Positions 18,769 to 28,760 of a stretch of 64,000 nt of DNA are shown here, one piece after another. Source of the stretch: Candidatus Latescibacterota bacterium (GTDB lineage Bacteria; Latescibacterota; UBA2968; GCA-2709665); contig CAXXJS010000021.1 in NCBI GenBank assembly GCA_963662665.2, forward strand, positions 64,001 through 128,000, written 5' to 3'. Every line of letters starts with the position of its first letter. Positions within the stretch are counted from its first letter, which is position 1. Below the pieces are notes generated by a model. It was not told the DNA's origin, did no database searches, and saw only the letters and a list, made by a program, of their open reading frames with translations. The position numbers and the translations under genes are program-made.

Positions 18769-19812
18769 CTAAAGGATTTGAACACCGGAAACCGGATCGA
18801 TGACAACTTCACCCACGACGTAGCCTGTCTCTCCGTTTCGATTCAACTGTTCGATCGCATTTTCAGCCTGACCGGGGGGAACGACAAGCACCAGGCCCAG
18901 ACCCATGTTGAACACACGAAACATCTCGTCGGTTTCAATATAGTCGCCCATTTTCTGCAACAGGTTGAATACGGGCAATTCGGGCCATGTTCCCCGGTAT
19001 ACGCGCGCGCCGAGCCCATCGGGAAGGGTGCGCGGCAGATTGTCCACAAGCCCTCCGCCGGTGATGTGGGCCATCCCCCTTACCTCCACGGCTTCCATAA
19101 GGTTGAAGGCCGATGATACGTAACTCCGGTGAGGGGCCAGCAAGGTATCGCCGATCGTGCCGCCGAGTTCGCCCAGATGGGTGTCGACGGTCCATCCTGC
19201 GGTTTCGAAGAAGAGTTTGCGCGCCAGGGAAAATCCGTTGGTGTGCAGTCCGGACGACGGCAGACCGATGAGCTTGTCTCCCTGCTGAACCCGTGTACCG
19301 TCCAGAATCTCTTCCCGGTTGACAATACCGACAATAGTACCCGCCAGGTCGTATTCGCCGTCGGCGTAGAAGTCCGGCATTTCCGCCATTTCCCCACCCA
19401 GCAGCGCGCATCCGCAGGCTTTGCATCCGTTCGCGATTCCCTCAATGACGGCCTCGGCCACGACGGTGTCGTGTTTACCCATGGCCAGGTAGTCCAGGAA
19501 AAAGAGCGGGCGCGCGCCCTGTACGAGTATGTCGTTGGCGCAGTGGGCCACAAGGTCCGCACCGACCGTATTGTGGACATCCGTCATAAAGGCAATCTTG
19601 AGCTTCGTGCCGACACCGTCCGTTCCCGCCACCAGGACGGGATGCCGATAGGCATCCCATTGCGGCGCGAAGAGACCGCCGAACCCGCCGATATCGGTGA
19701 GTACTTCAGGACCGAATGTTGATCGTACCAGCCTGGAGATGCCTTTCTTGGTCCGACTGGCGCTTTCGATATCCACGCCGGCGGCGGTATATGCGCCTGA
19801 CTTTCCCCTCAT
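18769..19812 (-). CDS. purM: Phosphoribosylformylglycinamidine cyclo-ligase (AIR synthetase)
   Basis: YTAAGVDI, GGFGGLF, TDGVGTK, PLFFLDY, GGEMAEMP, SSGLHTNGFSL, HITGGG, FNMG. Confidence 0.96.
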   Translation of the reverse strand: MRGKSGAYTAAGVDIESASRTKKGISRLVRSTFGPEVLTDIGGFGGLFAPQWDAYRHPVLVAGTDGVGTKLKIAFMTDVHNTVGADLVAHCANDILVQGARPLFFLDYLAMGKHDTVVAEAVIEGIANGCKACGCALLGGEMAEMPDFYADGEYDLAGTIVGIVNREEILDGTRVQQGDKLIGLPSSGLHTNGFSLARKLFFETAGWTVDTHLGELGGTIGDTLLAPHRSYVSSAFNLMEAVEVRGMAHITGGGLVDNLPRTLPDGLGARVYRGTWPELPVFNLLQKMGDYIETDEMFRVFNMGLGLVLVVPPGQAENAIEQLNRNGETGYVVGEVVIDPVSGVQIL

Positions 19813-19916
19813 CGGGCTACCTTCCATACTTCGTCTCAAAATACACGGGGAGGAGGGACAGGATAAGATACGTGATTTTCAATCCACCTGAGTATAAGGC
19901 GGCGTTTATGCAGGGC

Positions 19917-20897
19917 TCATTCGACTGCGCCGCATTTCGACGGCGGGTAATCGCCGCGTCCGACCGGCAATTTTGCATCCTCTCCGGGTGCGGCACGTAC
20001 GGCGCCCGAGGCCGCAACGATCTCTTCGGCAACACGCGCTGCACGACCGGCTGCCGCAACGTCATGCACGCGCACTACGTGAGCCCCGGCGGCCACGGAT
20101 AAACCCACCGCGGACAGCGTACCTTCCAGCCGTTCTTCAGGCGTAAGATCCAGCCCGGCGCCAACGAATCTCTTCCGCGACGGGCCCACCAGCAGAGGGC
20201 GGCCCAGATCATGGAATTCCTCAAGCCGGGCAAGAATCTCAAAGTTGTGGGTACTTCGTTTGCCGAATCCCAGTCCGGGGTCAATCAGAATCCTGCCTGG
20301 CGCGATGCCGGCTTTGAGGGCTGCGGCCAGGCGAACGTTGAGAAAATCGGTTATTTCGTGGATCAGGTTGTGATACGACGGATTAATCTGCATGGTTCGG
20401 GGCGTGCCCTTCATGTGCATAAGGACAACCGCGGCGCCCGATTGTGCGACGGTTTCGGCCATGAGGGGGTCGAAGCGCATCGCGCTTATGTCGTTGACGA
20501 TGGATGCGCCCGATTCTATTGCTTTCTCCACGACGGCCGCTTTCGTGGTGTCTACGGAAATGAGCCGGTCTGTTCTGGATGCGATTTCTTCGATCACCGG
20601 CGCCGTACGGCGAATTTCCTCTTCCGTCGAAACGGTGCGGGCTCCCGCGCCGTACGTCCCTGCCGGACGGGTGGACTCGCCTCCTACGTCGATGATATCC
20701 GCGCCCTCTTCAACCATCCGAAGCCCATGCGCGACGGCTTGCCGTGGTTCGAAATAACGCCCACCGTCGGCAAATGAATCGGGTGTGACGTTGAGAATAC
20801 CCATAATCAGGGTTCGTGCGCCCAGTTGAAGGACGTTGCCCCGGCAATCGAGCCGGCGCGCGGGGGAGGTTACGTATCGCATTGGAAATGTGGACAT
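19917..20897 (-). CDS. folP: Dihydropteroate synthase
   Basis: MGILNVTPDSFADGG, DVGGESTRP, DPGLGFGK, SRK, RVHDV. Confidence 0.96.
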   Translation of the reverse strand: MSTFPMRYVTSPARRLDCRGNVLQLGARTLIMGILNVTPDSFADGGRYFEPRQAVAHGLRMVEEGADIIDVGGESTRPAGTYGAGARTVSTEEEIRRTAPVIEEIASRTDRLISVDTTKAAVVEKAIESGASIVNDISAMRFDPLMAETVAQSGAAVVLMHMKGTPRTMQINPSYHNLIHEITDFLNVRLAAALKAGIAPGRILIDPGLGFGKRSTHNFEILARLEEFHDLGRPLLVGPSRKRFVGAGLDLTPEERLEGTLSAVGLSVAAGAHVVRVHDVAAAGRAARVAEEIVAASGAVRAAPGEDAKLPVGRGDYPPSKCGAVE

Positions 20898-20960
20898 GCA
20901 AAAGGGATGGCAAAATGACGCGGCCTTTTACCATCCCTCATTGAATTTCGAGGAGAGTGT

Positions 20961-23108
20961 TTACGCTTCGTTATCGGATCCTTCATTCTGTTCGGCTGTC
21001 TGATCCTCCGGGGAGGGCGTGCCAGGCTCGTCCGCGTCGGCGGTTGCGTCCTGTTTTGGACGTCCGTTTTGAGATTCGGACGGTTCAGGAGGTTTTTGGA
21101 GCTTTTCTCCAGCCAGAATACGGTCGAGTTGGGAGTCATCCAGCACTTCGAACTCCAGAAGCGCATCCGCCAGCACGTGGACCTGGGCGATATTCTCCCG
21201 CAGCAGGGCTTCCGCCCGGTCCTCCGCGGTAAGGACGAAGTTGCGGATTTCGTCGTCGATGACCTGTGCGACCTTTTCGCTGAAATCCCGGCGCTGGGCT
21301 ATTTCACGGCCAAGGAAGACCTCGTCCTGTCTGTTTCCGTACGATACGGGACCCAGTTCCTCGCTCATGCCCCAGTCGCAGACCATTCGGCGCGCGAGGT
21401 CGGTGGCCATCTTGTAGTCCTGCTGGCCGCCGCTGGAGACTTCTCCGAAGACGATTTTTTCAGCCACCCGACCACCCAGCGCATACGTGAGAACGGCGTC
21501 GCTGTAGCTCCTCGAGTAGTTGTGGCGTTCGTCGATTGGCAGATAAGTGGTGAGTCCGAGAGATTGGCCGCGTGGAATAATGGTGACCTTGTGTACCGGA
21601 TCGGACTCCGGCACGAGTTTGGCCACCAGCGCGTGACCGATTTCGTGGTAGGCCGTAGTTTTCTTTTCCGAATCTGAAATGACCAGACTGCGCCTTTCCA
21701 CGCCCATAATGACCTTGTCTTTGGCATTTTCGAAGTCCTCCATAATTACGGAGGTCCGGTCGTGCCTGGAGGCGAGCAGCGCGGCCTCGTTGACCAGGTT
21801 TTCCAGGTCGGCCTGGGAAAAGCCGGGCGTAGCCCGTGCGAGAACGGTCAGATCGACGTCCTTGTCCAACGGGGTATTTCGGATGTGGACTTTCAGGACA
21901 CCCTCCCGGCCCTTGACGTCCGGCCGGTCCACAACCACCTGTCGGTCGAAACGGCCCGGACGCAACAGGGCCGGATCGAGGACGTCGGGCCTGTTGGTGG
22001 CGGCAATGAGGATGACCCCTTCCTTGGAGTCGAATCCGTCCATTTCAACCAGCAACTGGTTGAGCGTCTGCTCCCGCTCGTCGTGGCCGCCCCCGATGCC
22101 GGCGCCCCGGTGCCGCCCCACGGCATCGATTTCGTCTATGAAGATGATGCATGGCGCATTGGCCTTTCCCTGTTCAAACAGGTCGCGAACGCGGGAGGCG
22201 CCAACGCCGACGAACATTTCGACAAAGTCGGAGCCGCTCATGCTGTAGAACGGTACGCCGGCCTCGCCTGCAACCGCTTTGGCCATATACGTTTTGCCGG
22301 TACCCGGCGGCCCGACCAGGAGTACACCCTTCGGGATTCGGCCGCCGAGCCGCTGGAATTTTCGGGGATCCTTGAGGTACTCGATAATCTCCTGGAGTTC
22401 CTGTTTGGCCTCGTCCGATCCGGCCACGTCTTCAAAGGTGACTTTTGGGCGGTCTTCAGTAACCAGCTTCGCCCTGCTCTTGCCGAAGCTGAACGCACCC
22501 TTGGGGCCTCCCTGCATCTGTCTGAAGATGAAGAGCCAGAGGCCCACAAAGAGCAACCACGGCAGGAAGTTGAAGAAGACCTTCAACCAGTCGAAGGGTT
22601 TTTCCTGAAAGCGGAAGTCGATTTCGTATTTTTCCCAGTCGGCAATTGCCTCTTCGCCGATGACGCCCAGGTTGACCACAAAGGTGCGATACGGCTGTTG
22701 CGCGCCCCGACTGCTCGCATATTCGGGTTCGAGCAACGTGCCGTGAAAATCGCTGTCGATGATGATGGCGCTTTCGATCTTGCCTTGTTTCATCAGGGTC
22801 CGGTACTCCTTGTAGCTGAGTACGACGTCGCCAGAGCCGGTACTGCTCCCGAAGAACCGGGTCGCAAAAAGGGCGACGAGAACAAAAAAGACCCAGAATG
22901 CAAGCGTTTTTGAGCGCCGCCGCCACTCGCTGCCGTCGTTCTCGGGACTTGATCCGGGCTCCCGGTTCTGCCGCGGTCGCGGTCGGTTCCTCGGGGCCTC
23001 GTGTTCTTCCCGGTCGCTGTCAGATTCAGGCTTCAACTCCGGCACGGGCGGCGTCTGTTCTTTTTGCTCCGCAGCCGGGGTTTTTTCCTGATCTTTACGT
23101 TCTGCCAT
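20961..23108 (-). CDS. ftsH: ATP-dependent zinc metalloprotease FtsH
   Basis: Two TM helices, [43 protein letters not shown]. Start set at MAERK. Confidence 0.97.
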   Translation of the reverse strand: MAERKDQEKTPAAEQKEQTPPVPELKPESDSDREEHEAPRNRPRPRQNREPGSSPENDGSEWRRRSKTLAFWVFFVLVALFATRFFGSSTGSGDVVLSYKEYRTLMKQGKIESAIIIDSDFHGTLLEPEYASSRGAQQPYRTFVVNLGVIGEEAIADWEKYEIDFRFQEKPFDWLKVFFNFLPWLLFVGLWLFIFRQMQGGPKGAFSFGKSRAKLVTEDRPKVTFEDVAGSDEAKQELQEIIEYLKDPRKFQRLGGRIPKGVLLVGPPGTGKTYMAKAVAGEAGVPFYSMSGSDFVEMFVGVGASRVRDLFEQGKANAPCIIFIDEIDAVGRHRGAGIGGGHDEREQTLNQLLVEMDGFDSKEGVILIAATNRPDVLDPALLRPGRFDRQVVVDRPDVKGREGVLKVHIRNTPLDKDVDLTVLARATPGFSQADLENLVNEAALLASRHDRTSVIMEDFENAKDKVIMGVERRSLVISDSEKKTTAYHEIGHALVAKLVPESDPVHKVTIIPRGQSLGLTTYLPIDERHNYSRSYSDAVLTYALGGRVAEKIVFGEVSSGGQQDYKMATDLARRMVCDWGMSEELGPVSYGNRQDEVFLGREIAQRRDFSEKVAQVIDDEIRNFVLTAEDRAEALLRENIAQVHVLADALLEFEVLDDSQLDRILAGEKLQKPPEPSESQNGRPKQDATADADEPGTPSPEDQTAEQNEGSDNEA

Positions 23109-23131
23109 GTGAACCGCCTTGCCAATGATAC

Positions 23132-24556
23132 TCAGGAGGAGGCGAAAACGCCTCCCCAACCACCCTTGAAGGTGACGTCCAGCACCGTTTTTGCCCGATG
23201 TGTAACGGCCGTAGACTGGGCAGTACGCAAACCGACCACCCAGAGGATGGCCTGGCCGCCCAGGAGCAGCGGAATCTCGTCACGCAACGGTCTCGGAATT
23301 TTGAGGTTGATAAACAGGTCGCTGACTTTTTGTGTCCCGTTCAGGCCGAGCGGTCGGAAGCGATCCGCCCGGCGCCGATTCCTCAGGATCAGGCCACCGG
23401 GAAGCGCATCGTAGTCGAAACAGGCGCGATATGGATCGGACGATAGTTCATTCCTTCGTACCCGGCCGGCCGGCCGGATTCTCGTTTCCAGAACCGCGCC
23501 GATTTCCGCAATTTCAGTGATGCCCGGAACGGCGACTTCGGACTCGAAAAACGGCGTTGGGCGACTGAAAATCAGCCAGGGGCTCGAACGATGAACGGAG
23601 ATGTCGGAAGACATCTGAACCACGCCGGCAGGGGTCAGACGCAACGATTCCATGCGGCTGATGCTCTGCTCATCCAGCGCCCGCGCACGGCCCTGAAGCC
23701 GGAAAAAAGCCGTTTTGAAGATTCGGCGCTGAAGTGCTATATGATAACCGAAAACGGCTTTTTCATCAAGGATTATTTTTCGCTTGCCCTCGTAGCGAAG
23801 GGCCATTCGGTACGCCGATTCCGCCTGCTCATCCAGCAGTTGATCTTCGCCCTGGATGATCTCCGCGGACCTTGCCAGGGCAGCTTCGATGGCGGGGTTG
23901 TATTCCGACGCGAGCTCCGGCAGGAGACGATGCCGGATCCGGTTCCTGAGAAACCGGATATCGGCGTTTGTGACGTCACGGCGCACATGCAGGTTTCGGT
24001 GGTCGACATAGGCTTCGATCTGTTGGCGCGAAACCGTCAGAAGGGGGCGTATCCAGATGCCGTCGCGGATCGGCCTGATTGCGCCGAGCCCGGTCGGACC
24101 GGCGCCGCGAATGAGGCGCATCAATACAGTTTCGGCCTGATCGCTTCGCGTATGGCCCAATGCGATCCGCGAAGCGCCTGCGGTCCGCATTACGCGCTCA
24201 AGAAATGCCAGTCGTGCTTCGCGGGAATCCGATTCAGGAGAACCCGTTCCCGGCAGCGTGGCTCTTTCCGAATAGAACGGGAGACCCATCGAGGCGGCGA
24301 GATCCCTTACGAATCGCTCGTCCATATCGGATGCCCGGCCCCTGAGTTGATGGTTGAGGTGGGCGACGCAGAGCGAGATATCGAGAGATTCGACAAGCCT
24401 GGCCATGATGTCCAGAAGCGATACGGAGTCCGGGCCGCCCGATACGCCGATCACAATTCCGTCGTCCCGATCGATCATATCGTGCCGGTCGATGTACGAT
24501 TGTACCGCCGGGAGCAGGTCAGGTGTGTCGGAATTGCGGCTGGTGGACGGTTTCAT
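23132..24556 (-). CDS. tilS: tRNA(Ile)-lysidine synthase
   Basis: [10 protein letters not shown]-loop, [28 protein letters not shown]-terminal RDEIPLL. Confidence 0.94.
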   Translation of the reverse strand: MKPSTSRNSDTPDLLPAVQSYIDRHDMIDRDDGIVIGVSGGPDSVSLLDIMARLVESLDISLCVAHLNHQLRGRASDMDERFVRDLAASMGLPFYSERATLPGTGSPESDSREARLAFLERVMRTAGASRIALGHTRSDQAETVLMRLIRGAGPTGLGAIRPIRDGIWIRPLLTVSRQQIEAYVDHRNLHVRRDVTNADIRFLRNRIRHRLLPELASEYNPAIEAALARSAEIIQGEDQLLDEQAESAYRMALRYEGKRKIILDEKAVFGYHIALQRRIFKTAFFRLQGRARALDEQSISRMESLRLTPAGVVQMSSDISVHRSSPWLIFSRPTPFFESEVAVPGITEIAEIGAVLETRIRPAGRVRRNELSSDPYRACFDYDALPGGLILRNRRRADRFRPLGLNGTQKVSDLFINLKIPRPLRDEIPLLLGGQAILWVVGLRTAQSTAVTHRAKTVLDVTFKGGWGGVFASS

Positions 24557-24764
24557 GGGTAAATTGCCCGTGTTGCGATTCCCTTCTCTCGCGGCGTACG
24601 CCTATCGGGCCTTGTGGTGTTGAAGGCCCTTTCGGACATTAGACGCCGCGGAAATCGGATCGGTTTCTGAAAAACCGTATTCGCGCAATCGTTTCTGTGG
24701 TTCGTTCTTGCGCCATCCATCCCGTCCGAAAGATAGATTCTACACAACATCGCAGCAAGAAAAG

Positions 24765-24794
24765 AAAAAACGCGCTGAAATCAGCGCGTTTTTT
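24765..24794. terminator. Intrinsic terminator ending the redox operon (symmetric A/T tails)
   Basis: AAAAAACGCGCTGA-AA-TCAGCGCGTTTTTT, 22 nt downstream of the 24817 stop on the minus strand. Confidence 0.8.
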
Positions 24795-24816
24795 CGTTCG
24801 AATACACCGCATTTAT

Positions 24817-25803
24817 TCAGGGTACGCTTTTACCGAAGTTCCTGGCGAATTCCAGAAAGTCCGGAAAGTCGACCAGGCCGCTCCCGTCCAGGTCGAAGGC
24901 GGGATTGTCGGTGTTGAAAGCCTGGGCGAAGGCGATGAAGTCGCTGAACCCGATTTCGCCGTTATTGTCAAAGTCGGCCCGGGGATTGACGGAGACAACA
25001 ATGGCCGTTCCCGAAATTGCGACCGTGACGCTGCCGTTTTCCGGGTCGTCGCTGGAAATGGTAATGGTGCCGGAGAATGGGCCGCCCTCCGCGGGCGTGA
25101 AGGTGATGTCGACATTCGCACTGTCGCCCGGTGCGACCATAAGCTCCGTCAGGCTGAACGTGACGCCCTCGAGGTCGGACGCCAGATCTGTGATGCTGAG
25201 GTCGTCTCCGCCTGTATTTTTCACGACGAGGGTAACGGTCCTGGTTTCGCCGGCCGGAACGTCATCCCCGAAGTCGAGCGATGGAGTGGGGAGGCTGATT
25301 GCAGGCGGCGCGACGGTCAGCAATTCCCGGATACTCGTCGCCGCGGCGCCGAGACCCGAAGCGCCGCGCCCGATGTGACGGATGATCCCTTCCCGGTCCG
25401 CGACCAGCAACGTGTGGGTCCCGTGAGAACCCCTGATATTGCCTGCCTGCAGCAGGAGGGGAAACGTGATCGTGGATACTGACTGAAAACCCCTGAGCTG
25501 AGCCGGACTGCCATTGTAGATGTCAAGTCCCAGGACTGCAAAGCCGTCATCATCCTGGAACGCCTTCCAGATCTGCTGTTCTATGGACGGACCCGCCGCC
25601 CGGCAGGTGGGTCAGTTATGGCCCAGGTAATATAGAGCCAGAACACTGCCCTCGTAATTCGCAGAGCCATAGGTTTTCCCGTCCAGCCCAGTAAGTGAGA
25701 ACGTCGGTACCGCGTCACCGACACTCTGTGCATTCGCGGGTCCGAGGGGGTAAAACGCCAAGGCCAGTAGGAATACGACGCATGCAACGATTCGACCCAT
25801 CAC
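24817..25803 (-). CDS. Putative secreted selenoprotein: AhpC/TSA-redoxin domain with UxxC, Ig-like (ASH/choice-of-anchor-D-like) domain and dockerin/EF-hand-like tail
   Basis: ORFs 25612..25803 and 24817..25410 share one frame, separated only by TGA 25612-25614. Readthrough gives ..VGDAVPTFSLTGLDG..LYYLGHN-U-PTC..FAVLGLDI..ITFPLL..LLVADREGIIR, a thioredoxin fold; 328 aa in total; AAGGAGG SD. Confidence 0.82.
25585..25611 (-). promoter_or_regulatory. Candidate bacterial SECIS element
   Basis: After UGA: CCCACCUGCC-GGGCGG-CGGGU-CCGUCC. The stem starts 11 nt downstream and the G-rich apical loop begins after 16 nt. An alternative hairpin ACCUGCC-GGGC-GGCGGGU is also possible. Confidence 0.5.
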
Positions 25804-25834
25804 AGTCCTCCTTTGAGAAAATGTGTCGTCTGCG

Positions 25835-27418
25835 TCAGAAATAGGTTTTCAGACGCATCTCAAGGCCATTGAACGGCAACACCAGATAGCATGTCCCCGA
25901 TGTACACGCGGCGCCGCCTCGTCTGCGGCCGGCGAATACGAAGGCTTCGTATCGATCGAGAAATGCGACGTTGAGATTGACCGACAGCCAGGAACGTGTC
26001 CCGGTCTCCACCCGGTCCGGTGTGGCGCCGTCGTCCACTTCAAACGGATCGTTGGTACGATCCAGTATGAGGGCGCAGCCCACGCCCGAGGGATGCTGGA
26101 AGGAAAACTGGGTAAAGACGTCCAAGAACCCCGGCTCGGTTCGAGGCTGCCTGGCCGCGCGCCGGACCTGAAAATCCAGGCCCGCGACAGATCCGCAGGG
26201 CGTCGTGGATTCGATTCCCGCGCCGGCGATTCTGTGCTTCCGAATCCCCTTCAGTTCGTTTTTTCCCCAATCGACGAACAGGTTGGTGGAAATCGCGTGG
26301 TCCCCGCCATCAGACGGAAGGTCGACCTCCACGCTGAAATACCGCTCGTTGAAGGTCGTTGTGAAGCCGGGCGCGAGTTCGTTCTCACCCTTGCTTACAT
26401 TTGCCGTCAGCGTGCCCAGACCGAATATAGAATAGGTGGCTTCCGCCTGATAGCCCTTTTCCGTATCGGCAATCAGGGCATGGGTGGCCCGGTTGAGCAG
26501 GACGGCCGAGTGTTCGCGGACAAGGGATGGTGGATCGTTGAAACTGAAGGCGAATTTCTCGTAATCCTTGTATTCCAGGCTCAAGCCCAGGTTGGAAATT
26601 CCGGCGTTGGCCGAAATATAGAGAGCGCTGCCGTCCACGTGCACGTCTTTCAGCCCTGCGTATTCGGCGTAGACGGTTGCATAAGCTTCCGGAAGGCCGG
26701 ATGCTTCGATTGCGGGCGTGACGTCGAATTCCAGAAAACCCGACCATGTTCGGGTGGAGTCAAACCTGGAGGCGTGATGGTTGACGGCGGTGACACCGGT
26801 CTTCACTTGCTTGTGAGGCCGCAGCGAGACCTCGCCTCCGAGAATCCAGTCGTCACGTCGCGGTACATCACGAAGCGGATTACCCACCCGCACCGCAGGC
26901 GGAATATCACTAAATACGGGTCGCCCGATCAGGGCCTTTGCCTCGGCCCGAGACCCCGCCCAGGTGGCAATGCCACCCTCCAGGTCCCGGGAAGGCGAAT
27001 AACGCCGTCGGTATTGCCCGCTCTCCAGAATAACTCCGGGCAGATCGAAGGCCCTGATCGTGATGCCACGACCCAGGATGGCGTAGTAGTTGCCCGCAAC
27101 CAGCTCGACGGATCCCTGCGTCCAGCGCGCGTGTTTCTGGGAGATATGCACGATCTGGTATTCAACCTGTGACAGCGGCGAGCCCGGAGCCGTGCTGCGC
27201 CATGCATTGAAGATTTCCGCCCGGAATCCGGCCTGCAGACCGTGCCGTGTGTAATCGAGGTCGAACTGCTCATAGAGTGACGAAACCGCCAGCGAGTCCG
27301 AGCCCGGTACGCGTCCCCGCTGGATTTCGGTCAGGCTGGATGCGGTCACCTGAGCCACGGCCGGTTTCGAGGTCGGCAGCAGTAGGAGCATTGTCAGGCT
27401 ATTGATCAGCGCTCGCAT
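25835..27418 (-). CDS. Outer-membrane beta-barrel protein, DUF6029-like
   Basis: Signal peptide, AGNYYAILGRGITIRA, EYKDYEKF..NDPPSL, C-terminal GRRRGGAACTSGTCYLVLPFNG..KTYF; alternating beta-strand pattern and terminal F. Confidence 0.75.
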   Translation of the reverse strand: MRALINSLTMLLLLPTSKPAVAQVTASSLTEIQRGRVPGSDSLAVSSLYEQFDLDYTRHGLQAGFRAEIFNAWRSTAPGSPLSQVEYQIVHISQKHARWTQGSVELVAGNYYAILGRGITIRAFDLPGVILESGQYRRRYSPSRDLEGGIATWAGSRAEAKALIGRPVFSDIPPAVRVGNPLRDVPRRDDWILGGEVSLRPHKQVKTGVTAVNHHASRFDSTRTWSGFLEFDVTPAIEASGLPEAYATVYAEYAGLKDVHVDGSALYISANAGISNLGLSLEYKDYEKFAFSFNDPPSLVREHSAVLLNRATHALIADTEKGYQAEATYSIFGLGTLTANVSKGENELAPGFTTTFNERYFSVEVDLPSDGGDHAISTNLFVDWGKNELKGIRKHRIAGAGIESTTPCGSVAGLDFQVRRAARQPRTEPGFLDVFTQFSFQHPSGVGCALILDRTNDPFEVDDGATPDRVETGTRSWLSVNLNVAFLDRYEAFVFAGRRRGGAACTSGTCYLVLPFNGLEMRLKTYF

Positions 27419-27938
27419 CGGCCTTCGCCCCTTCGTCGGCGCCAGCATCCGGAAAAAGCGCCTCAACGGCCGTCAGCAACACTTCGGCGTTTTTCGAATT
27501 GTATCCGACCTGCCTCAGCGCAATCTCACCGTCCGGGGTGATCAGAAGCGTCGTCGGCAGGACGTTTACCTGCATTCGCCGCATCACCGCGCTGTCGGAG
27601 TCGAGGGCGACGGGGAAATTGACCCGTCGCGCCCTGAGAAAGGGTTTCACCCGGTTCTGCCCACGCGGACCGTCCACGTTGACGCCAAGAACCGTGAGTC
27701 CGGATTTGCCGTATTTCTCGTGAATCTTCTGGAGCTTGGGCATTGCCTTGACGCAAGGTTTGCAGTAGGTCGCCCAGAAATCCAGAAGCACCGGCCCGTT
27801 TTTCAGCAGGGTCTTCAGGTTGACCCGTTCGCCCTGAAGGTTCCGGAGGTTGAAGTCTGGGGCTGAGGCGGCGTTCACAGTTGCGACGCCCAGGGTAATC
27901 GAGGCTGCAAAAGCCAGCGATTGAAATAGCGATTTCAT
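27399..27938 (-). CDS. TlpA/ResA-family thiol:disulfide oxidoreductase, exported
   Basis: Signal peptide, APDFNL, LDFWATYCKPC, LPTTLLI; start set at MKSLF (27938); overlaps the barrel gene. Confidence 0.9.
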   Translation of the reverse strand: MKSLFQSLAFAASITLGVATVNAASAPDFNLRNLQGERVNLKTLLKNGPVLLDFWATYCKPCVKAMPKLQKIHEKYGKSGLTVLGVNVDGPRGQNRVKPFLRARRVNFPVALDSDSAVMRRMQVNVLPTTLLITPDGEIALRQVGYNSKNAEVLLTAVEALFPDAGADEGAKADASADQ

Positions 27939-28046
27939 CGTCGCAATCCTTCCCGTTTTCCGCAGTGGTTTGAAGGTCTTGCAATTTATCACCGGGAGCA
28001 GAAAATAGTTGACGTCTATTGCGCCTGCTACGGCGGAGAGGAACTT

Positions 28047-28147
28047 GCCCAAACGGGGGCGCTGAGCTTGTCGAAGCGCCCCCGTTCGGGCGCGTTATTT
28101 CCTTTGCAGACCCTTCGACAAGCTCAGCGAACGGCTCAGGGTGCCGG
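28047..28147. repeat. REP-like palindromic element (CTGAGCTTGTCGAAG family)
   Basis: CGCTGAGCTTGTCGAAG (28060-28076) and its exact reverse complement (28113-28129), plus a GC hairpin 28047-28091. Confidence 0.7.
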
Positions 28148-28760
28148 GTCAATGTTGTGGACAAAAGGTAGACTATCGGGTACTCCCCGTGATAACTGAA
28201 GGACGCCCGGTGTGACTGTGTGGTTCCAGGCTGGAAAACGCCAGTTGCGAAGTGCTTTGCGCCGCACGGGTGAGAACTGATAAACAATAACCGATAATTT
28301 CCGTTTCATCAAGGGCTATTTTGCCAACGCCGGCAACGCGATAGGGTAATGAGGCGCATGCATATCGGACAGATGACGTGAAGGCCGAATCCAGGTCGAT
28401 CCGTTTCCGCTTGCAGCGCCTCACCGGGCGATCTATATTGGATTTGACATTGTTTCACACACCCTGGCGAGGACGACGAGTTCATTGAGTCGCTATGGTC
28501 GCGTCGGGCCCGCTGTGAACGCCCCGGCAGCGTGACCGTGCGATAGCGTCCTGTCCCAAGAATATCTCACCATTCGGCCGCCGATTCATCCCGTCTCGCA
28601 GCGTTGCCCTCGCTCGCCGACTTTGCCCAAGGTCGTCTGTGCTCAGGCGCCTTGCGAGCCGAGCGACTCGACGGCCGAATTCAGGTAACTTATTTTCGGG
28701 ACCGGACACTGGGCCGTCCGTTTTGCGGAGGGTCGTTGAATTTAAGGGGAAGGGCTCGTT

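Noticed and set aside
23109-23131. Absence of hpt between tilS and ftsH, and of a PSP1/ricT gene between holB and metG
   Set aside because: This is ordinary gene-order variation, with no recognisable remnant.
25612-25614. Genome-wide UGA reassignment (code 4 or 25) as the explanation for the TGA
   Set aside because: Many genes here end normally at TGA (e.g. metG, tatD, ilvE, ruvB), and no other gene shows an internal TGA.
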